Below, piece by piece: positions 1 to 8,485 of a stretch of 64,000 bases of DNA. This stretch comes from Spirochaetia bacterium (GTDB lineage Bacteria > Spirochaetota > Spirochaetia > SZUA-6 > Bin103): the NCBI GenBank assembly GCA_965203905.1, contig CBDBDQ010000005.1, forward strand, positions 6,464,001-6,528,000. Direction: 5' to 3'. The notes under the pieces were generated by a model that made no database searches, was not told the origin of the DNA, and saw only the letters and a list, made by a program, of their open reading frames with translations. Position 1 is the first letter of the stretch, and the number at the start of each line of letters is the position of its first letter. A program made the translations under genes and the position numbers.

Positions 1-647
1 ACCTCTGAAATCAGCGCCGCCAGCACCGGGTCGGCGGCCTGCAGCGTCTGCAGATCGGCCAGTACCCGATGCAGCGCTTCCGGCAGCGGCTCGGCGTGAC
101 GCACCACCTCCGGTGCGAGACCGGTGAGCACCGGCACGTCCGCCGCGTCCTGGCTGCCCCACGGCGCGGCCCCGGACAGGAACACCAGGCCGGCGGAGTC
201 CACCAGCGCCGCGCGCACCGCGTCTCCCGGCGCCGAGGTCAGGGCCACCGCGACCGGTTTGCGAGCCGTAAGGGTGAGCCGCAGGGTATCGGGAAAGCGC
301 AGCGCGACGGTGGCTTCGCTCACCAGCAGGTGGCGCTCCAGCCGCGCGGCGATGGCCGCGGCGTCAAGCGAAAAGAACTGCTCGTTGCCGGTGAGACCGG
401 CCATCGTCAGCACCTCGGCGTCGCTGAGCGCCAGGTCGGTGGTTACCGCAACGGTGGTCAGCCGCAGGCGCGGCACCAGCAGCAGGAAAAAGACCAGCTC
501 CAGGACCACCATCAGCACCAGGGTGGCGATCACCAGATGCAGTACCCGGCGCAGCCGACCGCGGCCGCGGCGCCGGGTGCCGGCGCGCGCGTCGTCCCCG
601 ACCTCACCCGACCCGGGCATTACCGCCTGACCGGCGACGCTGCTCAC
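1..647 (-). CDS. ftsQ: Cell division protein FtsQ/DivIB (3' end beyond window)
   Basis: Manual translation: basic N-terminus, one TM helix (LVIATLVLMVVLELVFFLLLV), then POTRA-like segment (LSDAEVLTMAGL...LVSEATVALRFPDTL). Directly follows ftsW; GTG at 647 overlaps the ftsW stop, alternative ATG at 620. Confidence 0.85.
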   Translation of the reverse strand, partial: MSSVAGQAVMPGSGEVGDDARAGTRRRGRGRLRRVLHLVIATLVLMVVLELVFFLLLVPRLRLTTVAVTTDLALSDAEVLTMAGLTGNEQFFSLDAAAIAARLERHLLVSEATVALRFPDTLRLTLTARKPVAVALTSAPGDAVRAALVDSAGLVFLSGAAPWGSQDAADVPVLTGLAPEVVRHAEPLPEALHRVLADLQTLQAADPVLAALISE

Positions 648-1954
648 AGTTGGCGCCCTCCGGTGCGGTGCACCAGGCGCTGGACGTCGACCGGAGTCCC
701 CGGCGCCGCCGGCCGTTGCCGCGACAGACCCAGCAACAGCCCGCACATGGTGAAGGTGGTCAACAGCGCCGAGCCACCCGAGGAGAAGAACGGCAGCGGC
801 AGCCCCGTGGCGGGGACCAGGCTGGAGACCACCGCCAGGTTGAGAATCGCCTGAGCGATGATGCTGGTGGTTAGCCCGAAGGCCAGGTAGCGGGCGAAAC
901 GATCGGGGTGGTGGCGTACGATCAGGAAGCCGCGCCACGCCAGGATCGCGAACAGGCCCAGAATCAGGACTACCCCCACCAGTCCGAGTTCCTCGCCGGC
1001 GACGGCAAAGATGAAGTCGGAGTGGGCTTCCGGCAGCGGTCCCAGCTTCATGCTGCCGCGGCCGATTCCCGTACCCCAGATGCCGCCGCGCTCCAGAGCG
1101 TCGCGCGCCGCCAGCACCTGGTAGCCGCTGCCGGCGGGATCGGCGGTTGGCTCCAGGAACGCGATCAGCCGGAGCACCCGATGCTCCTTCGACAGCAGCG
1201 CCATCAGGGCCAGGGGGGTGCCGACCACGGCCAGCGCCGCGAACAGGCCCAGTCGCACCCCGGCTATCCACAGCATCGCCATGGCCAGAAACACCAGAAA
1301 GATGGGGGTGGAGAAATCGTTCTGCAGGTACACCAGCACCGCGAACAGTGCCACGACCAGCATCGGCGGCAGGACGACGCGCAGGGTCTGGCCATAGGGC
1401 CCCCGGAGCGCCGCACTGCCGGGCCGCTGGTCGCCCTTGCGGTCCAGGATGTGGGCCAGGTACAGCACCAGGGCCAGCTTGGCCAGCTCCGAGGGCTCGA
1501 ACGACAGGCCGCCCACCAGGATCCAGCGTTGCGCCCCCAGCGCCCGCAGCCCGACACCGGGAACGAAGGTCAGGATCACCAGCGGCAGGCTCACCGCCAG
1601 CAGCAGCGGTACCAGCAGGCGCACGTGGCGCAGCTTGACCGCGGCGGCGACGGCCGCGGCGACGACGCCCAGGGCTACCCACAGCACCTGCCGGCGAAAG
1701 AAGCGCAACGGATCGTCGAACACGCGCTCGCCGTAGAAGTAGGAAGCGGACAGCAGCACCGCCAGACCGCTCCCGGTGAGGATGATGAGGGTCGCCACCA
1801 GCACCGTGTCGCTCGGCATCGACTCGATACGCAGCACGGTGTTCCGCAGGCCGACCCGCGCCGCCGCATGGTGCAGCAGCCGCCGCACGGGCCGCCGCGC
1901 GGCGCCCAGATTGGCCGGCTGCGCCGGCTGCGACAGCGCGGTCAACTTCAGCAT
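644..1954 (-). CDS. ftsW: SEDS peptidoglycan glycosyltransferase FtsW
   Basis: Motifs GAQRWI, FEPSELAK, GYQV, LPEAHSDFIFAVAGEELG, PATGLPLPFFSSGGS. Start placed at ATG 1954 behind GGAGG. Confidence 0.93.
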   Translation of the reverse strand: MLKLTALSQPAQPANLGAARRPVRRLLHHAAARVGLRNTVLRIESMPSDTVLVATLIILTGSGLAVLLSASYFYGERVFDDPLRFFRRQVLWVALGVVAAAVAAAVKLRHVRLLVPLLLAVSLPLVILTFVPGVGLRALGAQRWILVGGLSFEPSELAKLALVLYLAHILDRKGDQRPGSAALRGPYGQTLRVVLPPMLVVALFAVLVYLQNDFSTPIFLVFLAMAMLWIAGVRLGLFAALAVVGTPLALMALLSKEHRVLRLIAFLEPTADPAGSGYQVLAARDALERGGIWGTGIGRGSMKLGPLPEAHSDFIFAVAGEELGLVGVVLILGLFAILAWRGFLIVRHHPDRFARYLAFGLTTSIIAQAILNLAVVSSLVPATGLPLPFFSSGGSALLTTFTMCGLLLGLSRQRPAAPGTPVDVQRLVHRTGGRQL

Positions 1955-2024
1955 CGGGCGACCGCCTCCGCGGCTGAGCTGCGCCTGCCAGTGCTCGGTC
2001 ATCGGCGGACCGCTTCCGGCACCA

Positions 2025-3431
2025 TCATGCCGCCGCCTGCAGCGGCGCCACCAACCGGTCCAGGGCCACCCCGCGGGAGCCCTTGAGCAACACCGTGTCG
2101 CCGCGGCGCACCGACTCGAGGACCGCTGTTTCCAGCTCCTCGTACCAGGTGGTCCAGAGCACCGGACGACGGTAACCCGCGGCCGCCAGCACCTCCGCCG
2201 TGGCCGCCGTCTCCGCGCCGAACAGGAACACCGCGTCCGGTTCCAGGCCCGCAATCAACTCGCCGAGAGCGGCGTGCGCACCCGCGCTGGCGGCGCCCAG
2301 CTCCAGCATGCTGCCGAGGACCAGCACAACGCGCCCGCATTCCGGCAACTCGGCGAGACCGCGCACGGTCGCCGCCATCGACTCCGGGTTCGCGTTGTAG
2401 GCGTCATTGACGATGGTGCAGCGGCCGCGAATCACCTGCGAGCGTCCGGGCACGGGCCGAACGGCCTCGATGCCACGCTGAATTGCTGCCGCACATACTC
2501 CCAATGTCGACGCCACCGTGATTGCGGCCAACACGTTGGTGACGTTGTGATTGCCAAAAAGAGGGAAGTGAATCTGGAGTCCCTCCCAGTTGATGACAGA
2601 GCCATCCAACCCCAGAGATTCACTTCCCTCATATCCTTGCGTGGCAGTGGGTCCGAACCGGACCAGCTTCACCTCCGGCGGCAGCCGCAGGTGTTCTGCC
2701 GCCAGCAGCGGCTCGCCCTCGGGTACGAAGGCGCAGCCGCCGGGCTGCAGGTAGACGAACAGCCTGCTCTTCTGCGCCGCGATGTGGCGGCGCGAGTGCA
2801 GGAATTCCAGATGCGCGCTGCCGATGCCGGTGATCAGGGCGTAGTGGGGCAGCGCGAGCCGGCCCAGCAGGTCCATCTCCCCGGTGTGGTCGATGCCGAC
2901 CTCCAGCACTGCCAGCCGGTGGTGCGGCTCGAGCCCCAGGATCGCCAGCGGCAACCCGATGTCGGAGTTGTAGTTGCGCTCCGACTCGTAGGTCGGAGCG
3001 TGCTGCGACAGGATCGAAGCGAGGATGTGGCGGGTCGTGGTCTTGCCGTTGGACCCGGTCACGGCTACCCGCTGCGCATCGATGCGCGTGCGGTGCTCGG
3101 CGGCGATCCGATGCAACGCCAGCAATGGGTCGGCGGCCACCAGCAGCGCCGCGCCGTGGCGGCTCGCCGCCGCCTGCAGCTCGCCGCGCCGGCGCTGCCA
3201 CTGCGCGGCGGCGATCATGGCGGCGCCGGCACCGCCGGAGAATGCGTCCGCCAGAAAGTCGTGGCCATCCGCCCGTGCGCCCGACAGCGCGACGAACAGC
3301 GCCTGCGGCCGCGCCCGCCGGGAATCCACCACCACGTGCTGGATGGCCTGCGCGTGCGCAGCGGGCGATTCCTTCGGCGACCACAATCGGGCACCCGAAA
3401 CCTGGGCCAGCTCGGCGACGGTGAAGGTCAT
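2025..3431 (-). CDS. murF: UDP-MurNAc-tripeptide D-Ala-D-Ala ligase MurF
   Basis: DSR, DGHDF, VTGSNGKTTT P-loop, NYNSDIGLP, NDAYNANPESM, GSMLELG, LLKGSRG. Confidence 0.95.
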   Translation of the reverse strand: MTFTVAELAQVSGARLWSPKESPAAHAQAIQHVVVDSRRARPQALFVALSGARADGHDFLADAFSGGAGAAMIAAAQWQRRRGELQAAASRHGAALLVAADPLLALHRIAAEHRTRIDAQRVAVTGSNGKTTTRHILASILSQHAPTYESERNYNSDIGLPLAILGLEPHHRLAVLEVGIDHTGEMDLLGRLALPHYALITGIGSAHLEFLHSRRHIAAQKSRLFVYLQPGGCAFVPEGEPLLAAEHLRLPPEVKLVRFGPTATQGYEGSESLGLDGSVINWEGLQIHFPLFGNHNVTNVLAAITVASTLGVCAAAIQRGIEAVRPVPGRSQVIRGRCTIVNDAYNANPESMAATVRGLAELPECGRVVLVLGSMLELGAASAGAHAALGELIAGLEPDAVFLFGAETAATAEVLAAAGYRRPVLWTTWYEELETAVLESVRRGDTVLLKGSRGVALDRLVAPLQAAA

Positions 3432-3841
3432 GGAGCGTCCTCGCTGCGGGTCGGCGCCTCCGGCGCGGCGAACTGAACGCGCAGCCGGTGACTCTCGTCG
3501 ATGCGCTGCAGGCCGAGCTCTCGGGCAGCGGCCTCCAGGTGCTGCGGCGAGCGCAGCGCGACGACGGCGTCCATGACCTGCTTGTTGCGCTCATGCCAGC
3601 GCCGCTGCTGCTGCTCCAGCGATTCCACCGAGTGCAGCAGGCGTTCGTAGCGGTAGCCCTGCCAGGCGCCGAGCATCAGTGCCGCGCCGAGCAGCGCCGA
3701 GGTCAGGAACAGCAGCGCCCGCCCGGCGGACGTGTCGGTTCGTACCAGAGCGGCCGCAAGCGATTGCAACCGGGGAGCCCGGTAGCCGGACGCGGGCCGG
3801 CCCGAGCCGCGAGCCGGGTGCTGCAGCCTGCCGCTAGCCAT
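3428..3841 (-). CDS. ftsL: FtsL-like cell division protein
   Basis: Single TM, then coiled coil ending LRSPQHLEAAARELGL; position after rsmH. Confidence 0.75.
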   Translation of the reverse strand: MASGRLQHPARGSGRPASGYRAPRLQSLAAALVRTDTSAGRALLFLTSALLGAALMLGAWQGYRYERLLHSVESLEQQQRRWHERNKQVMDAVVALRSPQHLEAAARELGLQRIDESHRLRVQFAAPEAPTRSEDAP

Positions 3842-4784
3842 CGCCGCCTGCCTTTCGCGCCACCCGCAGGCGGGCGCTCCGCGCGCGCGGATTGCGCTCT
3901 ACCTCGCGCGGCGCAGGTCGCAGGGGACGCCGCGTGAGCACCTCGACGGCCGCTTCGCCGGCGCCGGACGGGATGCCGGCGGCGTCGCGCAGCCGGTGCT
4001 TGACGATGCGATCCTCCAGAGAGTGAAAGGCGATGACGCCGAGGCGTCCGCCCACGGACAGCCGGCTGATGGCGAGGGTCAGGCCGCGCTCCAGGCGCTG
4101 CAGCTCATCGTTCACCGCGATGCGCAGGGCCTGGAAGGCGCGCGTGGCGGGGTGGACGCGGCGGTGGCGCTCGGTGGGCGGGTACACCCGCCACACCACC
4201 TGCTCCAACTCGTCGCTGGTGCGGAAGGGACGCTGCGTGCGCCGGCGGACGATGGCCCGCGCCAGCCGGCGTGCGTGGCGCTCCTCTCCGAAACGATGAA
4301 AGAGATCCGCCAAGGATGCCTCCGGCTCCTCATTCAGAATATCGGCCGCCGTGCGTGTCAGCTGATCGGTAAGGCGCATGTCCAGCGGTTCGACGCCGCG
4401 AAAGGAGAAGCCGCGGCTGCTGTGGTCGAAGTGATAGCTGGCCAATCCCAGGTCGAGCAGCACCAGCTGTGCGGTGGCATGACGGCGAGCCAGCACGTCC
4501 GCGAACCAGCCGTGCTCGAACTGCACGCGGCCACCGAACCGGCCCAGATTGTGCCGTGCCCGCTTCAGCATGCGCTCGTCCACATCCACCGCCAGCAGGG
4601 CGAGCGACGGATAGCGGTCGAGGAACCGTTCGGCGTGTCCGCCGTCACCTACCGTGCCATCGATCATCAGTCCGCCCGCCTCCGGGGCCACCAGCCACTC
4701 GAGACACTCTTGTACCAGTACCGGTTCATGGCGCTCAGAATGTGATGGCGCCGCCGAGTTCCTCGGCGGCTTCCTTGAACTCAC
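3834..4784 (-). CDS. rsmH: 16S rRNA m4C1402 methyltransferase RsmH
   Basis: HEPVL, DGTVGDGGHA, DLGLASY, PLDMR, HPATRAFQALRIAVNDEL, FHSLEDRIVK, NPRARSARLR. Start uncertain (overlaps mraZ). Confidence 0.95.
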   Translation of the reverse strand: MSSRKPPRNSAAPSHSERHEPVLVQECLEWLVAPEAGGLMIDGTVGDGGHAERFLDRYPSLALLAVDVDERMLKRARHNLGRFGGRVQFEHGWFADVLARRHATAQLVLLDLGLASYHFDHSSRGFSFRGVEPLDMRLTDQLTRTAADILNEEPEASLADLFHRFGEERHARRLARAIVRRRTQRPFRTSDELEQVVWRVYPPTERHRRVHPATRAFQALRIAVNDELQRLERGLTLAISRLSVGGRLGVIAFHSLEDRIVKHRLRDAAGIPSGAGEAAVEVLTRRPLRPAPREVERNPRARSARLRVARKAGGDG

Positions 4785-5175
4785 CCTCGTGCTCCTCCAG
4801 ATAGCTGGCGTAGGTCACTGCGTCCCAGATCTCCAGGTACTTCACCATTCCCAGGATCGTGCAGTCCTTCTGCAGACCGGCGGACTGGCGCAACGACTGC
4901 GGCACCGCGATACGTCCGCTGCGATCGATCTCCACCTCCTGCGCCGGAGCCAGAATGCGCCGCTGGATCAACCGCGCCTTGGCCTGAAACGGCGACATGG
5001 TGGCGATCACGGTCTGCGATATCTGACGCCACTCCTCGGCGGGAAACAGCCACAGGCAGCGATCCACCCCGCGGGTCAGGATCATCACGTTGCCGGTGAT
5101 CTCGGAGCGCACCCTGGCCGGCACCATCAAGCGCCCCTTCTCATCGAGCGCGTAGACGTACTCACCGGAAATCAC
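4735..5175 (-). CDS. mraZ: Division/cell wall cluster repressor MraZ
   Basis: Two DxxGR motifs (LDEKGRL, IDRSGRI) and LEIWD; first gene of the dcw cluster. Confidence 0.95.
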   Translation of the reverse strand: MISGEYVYALDEKGRLMVPARVRSEITGNVMILTRGVDRCLWLFPAEEWRQISQTVIATMSPFQAKARLIQRRILAPAQEVEIDRSGRIAVPQSLRQSAGLQKDCTILGMVKYLEIWDAVTYASYLEEHEGEFKEAAEELGGAITF

Positions 5176-5280
5176 GCTCGCTCCCAGCGACCCGCACCGC
5201 GGCCGATTCCCACGGCAGTTGCGTCAAGGGTCGCAAACGGGGAAGAATCTGGGCTGATGCACCACGCTGAACCAGTTTCC

Positions 5281-5306
5281 CCCACTTTTTCCCACCAATC
5301 ACCCAC
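5281..5306 (-). promoter_or_regulatory. MraZ-binding GTGGG direct repeats
   Basis: Three GTGGG boxes (plus-strand CCCAC at 5281, 5291, 5302), 10-11 bp apart, just downstream of the -10. Matches the known MraZ autoregulatory box arrangement. Confidence 0.8.
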
Positions 5307-5307
5307 A

Positions 5308-5335
5308 ATAGTACCGCCGGCGCCCAGACTGTCAA
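5308..5335 (-). promoter_or_regulatory. Sigma70 promoter of dcw cluster
   Basis: TTGACA (5335-5330), N16, TACTAT (5313-5308) on the minus strand. Confidence 0.75.
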
Positions 5336-5458
5336 CCGCTGGAGACCCAATGTCCGCATTTCCCGTCTGGGTTGCGCACGACTACTCAACTGTTGTGTAG
5401 TATTGGCGCTGCCGCGAGCGGGCGGCTATGGTGGCGGAAACTCTGGTCCGAGATTGGA

Positions 5459-5782
5459 TTGTCGTTGTATCGGGTGCACTTCAAATGGAAGGGAAAGGAA
5501 GTTCAGCTCTCCGCCAAGAGTCTGGATCTGACTCATCCTTACTTCGTTTCCATCAAAGACATTGTCTTTGAACGAGACCAGCAGATCATCATCAATCCCA
5601 CGGCGGAGGACGTGCGGCGCACCTTCGGCAGCGCCGAGCATCTGATGATTCCGTTCCAGACGGTGTCCCTGATCGAGGAGTTCCCCGAGTCGGCGGCGAG
5701 CCGGATCCGCCCCTTCACGCTGGTGGACGACGAGGAAGACGAGGAAGACGCCGACGCCGACACTGACGACTCCGCGCCCTGA
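5459..5782 (+). CDS. DUF1820-like protein
   Basis: LYRVHF...FVSIKDIVF...IINPTAEDVRRTF...IPFQTVSLIEE resembles DUF1820; acidic tail; TTG start assumed. Confidence 0.65.
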   Translation: MSLYRVHFKWKGKEVQLSAKSLDLTHPYFVSIKDIVFERDQQIIINPTAEDVRRTFGSAEHLMIPFQTVSLIEEFPESAASRIRPFTLVDDEEDEEDADADTDDSAP

Positions 5783-5796
5783 GCGCCCCGGAACCG

Positions 5797-7482
5797 TCAA
5801 CCGGCGTGGCGGCCGAGCAGATCCGCCGCGTGCCGCAGCGACACCTCCACCGAGTCGTCGCCGGACAGCATCCGTGCCACCTCGGCCACCCGTTGCGGGC
5901 CGCTGACCGCCGCTACGCCGGTCACGGTCCGGCCCTCCCGTTCGCTCTTGAACACGCGCAGGTGGGTGTGGGCTCGGGCCGCCACGGTCGCCAGATGGGT
6001 AATGCACAGAATCTGCCGCCGCCGCGCCAGCCGCGCCAGCTTGTCCCCGACGGCGATGGCCACCGCGCCACCGATGCCCGCGTCCACCTCGTCGAACACC
6101 AGGGTAGCCACCGGATCGCTGTCGGCGAACACCGACTTGAGGGCCAGCATGATCCGTGAGATCTCGCCCCCCGAGGCGATGGCGCGCAACGGCTTCAGCG
6201 GCTCACCGGCATTGGCGGAGATGAGGAAGCTCACGCTCTCCGCGCCGGCGGCCGCGATCACCGGCACGCCGCCCTCGGTGCGCGGCGTCAGCGTTACCGC
6301 GAAGCGGCCCTTCGGCATCCCCAGGTCGGCGAGGGCATCCTGCACCAGGTCGCGCAGGCGGGTGGCGGCACCGCGCCGCTGCTCCCCGAGCTCGGCCGCG
6401 TGGCGGGCAAGCTCGGCGTCGAGCTGCTCCACCTCGCGCGCGGTGACCGCTCCGGCCGCGCGGGAACGTTCCAGGGCGGCCAGCTCGGCATGCGCCCGTT
6501 CCGCGTAGTCCAGGACCGCGGCCACGGACCCTCCGTACTTGCGCTGCAACCCACGGATCAGTTCCAGCCGCTCGCCGATGGCCGCCAGGCGTTCCGCGTC
6601 GTAGTGCAGACTGCTCTGGTAGCGACGCACGCCCTCCGCGGCATCCTCCAGCTCGTAGAAGGCCGTCTCCACCTGTCGGCGGTAGCCGTCGACGCCGGCG
6701 TCAATCGCCGCCAGCTGCTGCAGGTCCTCCACCACCCCCCGCAGTGTGGCTACCACGCCGCCGTGCCCCTCCGCAGTGCGTTCGTAGACGGCGCGTGCCG
6801 TGCTCGAAATCCGCTCGAAGTCCGCCAGACGGCGCCGCTCCCGCTCCAGCTCCTCCTCTTCGCCGCGGTCGAGCTCGGCGGCGCCAATCTCCTCGGTGGC
6901 GTGACGCAGCAGCTCGGCCTGGCGGTCGCGTTCCGCGGCGCTCTGCTCCAGTTCCCGTACCCGGACGCGGGCCGCGGCGAGACGGGCGTGCACGGCCGCC
7001 ACCCGGCGTGCAAGCGGGCGCAGACCCGCAAAGTGGTCCAGCAGCCGGCGCTGCTGGTCTTCACGCAGCAGCGACTGGTGCTCGTGCTGGCCATGCAGGT
7101 CGAACAACCGTTGCCCCAGCGCGGCGAGCTGCGCGGTCTGCACCGGCACGCTGCCGATGAAGCCGGACGAGCGTCCGCTGCGCCGCACCACGCGCCGCAG
7201 GATCACGCGATCCTCCTCGGCCTGCAGCTCGCGTTCCTCCAGCCAGGTGCGCACCTCGGCCGGCGCCCGGCTCAGGCACACCACGGCGCTCACCTCGGCG
7301 CTGGCGGCGCCGCTGCGGATGTCCGCCGTCGCTGCGCGGCTGCCGAGCAGCAGACCGAGGGCGCCGATGATGATCGACTTGCCCGCTCCCGTTTCTCCGC
7401 TGAGCACGTTGAGGTGGTGTCCGAAGCTCACCTCCAGGTGGTCGATGAGGGCATAGTCGCGCACCGCAAGCGACTCAAGCAC
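5797..7482 (-). CDS. recN: DNA repair protein RecN
   Basis: GETGAGKS, DLHGQHEHQSLL, ASGGEISRIMLALK, FDEVDAGIGG, CITHL. GTG start overlaps the nadK end. Confidence 0.96.
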   Translation of the reverse strand: MLESLAVRDYALIDHLEVSFGHHLNVLSGETGAGKSIIIGALGLLLGSRAATADIRSGAASAEVSAVVCLSRAPAEVRTWLEERELQAEEDRVILRRVVRRSGRSSGFIGSVPVQTAQLAALGQRLFDLHGQHEHQSLLREDQQRRLLDHFAGLRPLARRVAAVHARLAAARVRVRELEQSAAERDRQAELLRHATEEIGAAELDRGEEEELERERRRLADFERISSTARAVYERTAEGHGGVVATLRGVVEDLQQLAAIDAGVDGYRRQVETAFYELEDAAEGVRRYQSSLHYDAERLAAIGERLELIRGLQRKYGGSVAAVLDYAERAHAELAALERSRAAGAVTAREVEQLDAELARHAAELGEQRRGAATRLRDLVQDALADLGMPKGRFAVTLTPRTEGGVPVIAAAGAESVSFLISANAGEPLKPLRAIASGGEISRIMLALKSVFADSDPVATLVFDEVDAGIGGAVAIAVGDKLARLARRRQILCITHLATVAARAHTHLRVFKSEREGRTVTGVAAVSGPQRVAEVARMLSGDDSVEVSLRHAADLLGRHAG

Positions 7483-8365
7483 GCGGTTCTCCGGCCCAGT
7501 CCAACTTGGAGCGCAGCACCTGGTAGAAGTTGCGCTCACCGGAGCGGATGATATGGGTCCGGTGGACCGAGCGCGACAGGGCCACGCGGTCACCCGGCTG
7601 CAACTGCGCCACTTCCACGCCGTCCACGGTGAGACTGATCTCGGTGCGCTGCCCCGGCTCGACCTCCACCAGCACCGGCTCGTCGGCGGGTATCAGCAGG
7701 GGCCGGTTGGCAAGCGTGAACGGACAGATGGGCGTGATCACGAACGCCGCCATCTCCGGGTGCAGAATCGGCCCCCCGGCGGCCATCGAGTAGGCGGTGG
7801 AGCCGGTCGGGGTGGCGAAGATCATGCCGTCGGCACGGTAGTTGGCTACCCAGGTGCCGGCCAGGCGCACGCGCAGACGTACGATCTTGGAGCCGCCGTG
7901 CGCGGCGATGACGACGTCGTTGAGGCCGTCGATGCTGGCAACCTCGGTGCCCGCGCGGTCCACCCCGGCGTGGACCATGATGCGCGTGCTGAGCCCCGAT
8001 TCGCCGGCGGCGTACGCCCGGTAGGCCTGCCGCCACTCCGCGGCCGGAACCTCGGTAATGAACCCCACCGTACCCAGGTTGACCGGCAGAATCGGTATGT
8101 CGCTTCCCGCCAGCAGGCGCGCACATTGCAGCAGCGTGCCGTCGCCGCCGAGCGAAACCGCCAGATCGACGTCGCCGAGTCCGGCCGGCGGCGAAACTGC
8201 AGCGCTGGAGATCTCGGCTTCCACCAGCTCCACGCGCTGCTGGCGGAAAAAGCCGCGTACGCCGGCGATTACGTCAGGCCCGGCGCGCGCGCGGTTCAGC
8301 AGGACGAAGGCTCGGCGGATGGTTCCGGCCGGTATGCGCACACCGACACCCATGGAGTGGGCCAC
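7475..8365 (-). CDS. nadK: NAD kinase
   Basis: GGDGTLL, NLGTVGF, ATPTGSTAYSMAAGGPI, TPICPF. Confidence 0.95.
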   Translation of the reverse strand: MAHSMGVGVRIPAGTIRRAFVLLNRARAGPDVIAGVRGFFRQQRVELVEAEISSAAVSPPAGLGDVDLAVSLGGDGTLLQCARLLAGSDIPILPVNLGTVGFITEVPAAEWRQAYRAYAAGESGLSTRIMVHAGVDRAGTEVASIDGLNDVVIAAHGGSKIVRLRVRLAGTWVANYRADGMIFATPTGSTAYSMAAGGPILHPEMAAFVITPICPFTLANRPLLIPADEPVLVEVEPGQRTEISLTVDGVEVAQLQPGDRVALSRSVHRTHIIRSGERNFYQVLRSKLDWAGEPRA

Positions 8366-8485
8366 AGTATAGCCCCGGCAGCGAGGGCTGCGCCACCGGC
8401 CGCCTGGAGCTCTGGAGCTTGTCGGTTCACCGACGGTTTCCGGGCGGTCGGCGCCGTGCCAAGCGCCCGCGGGCGTTGTGCCGGG

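Noticed and set aside
4735-4784. 50-bp mraZ/rsmH overlap as something unusual
   Set aside because: The rsmH start is uncertain and close coupling of these genes is ordinary.
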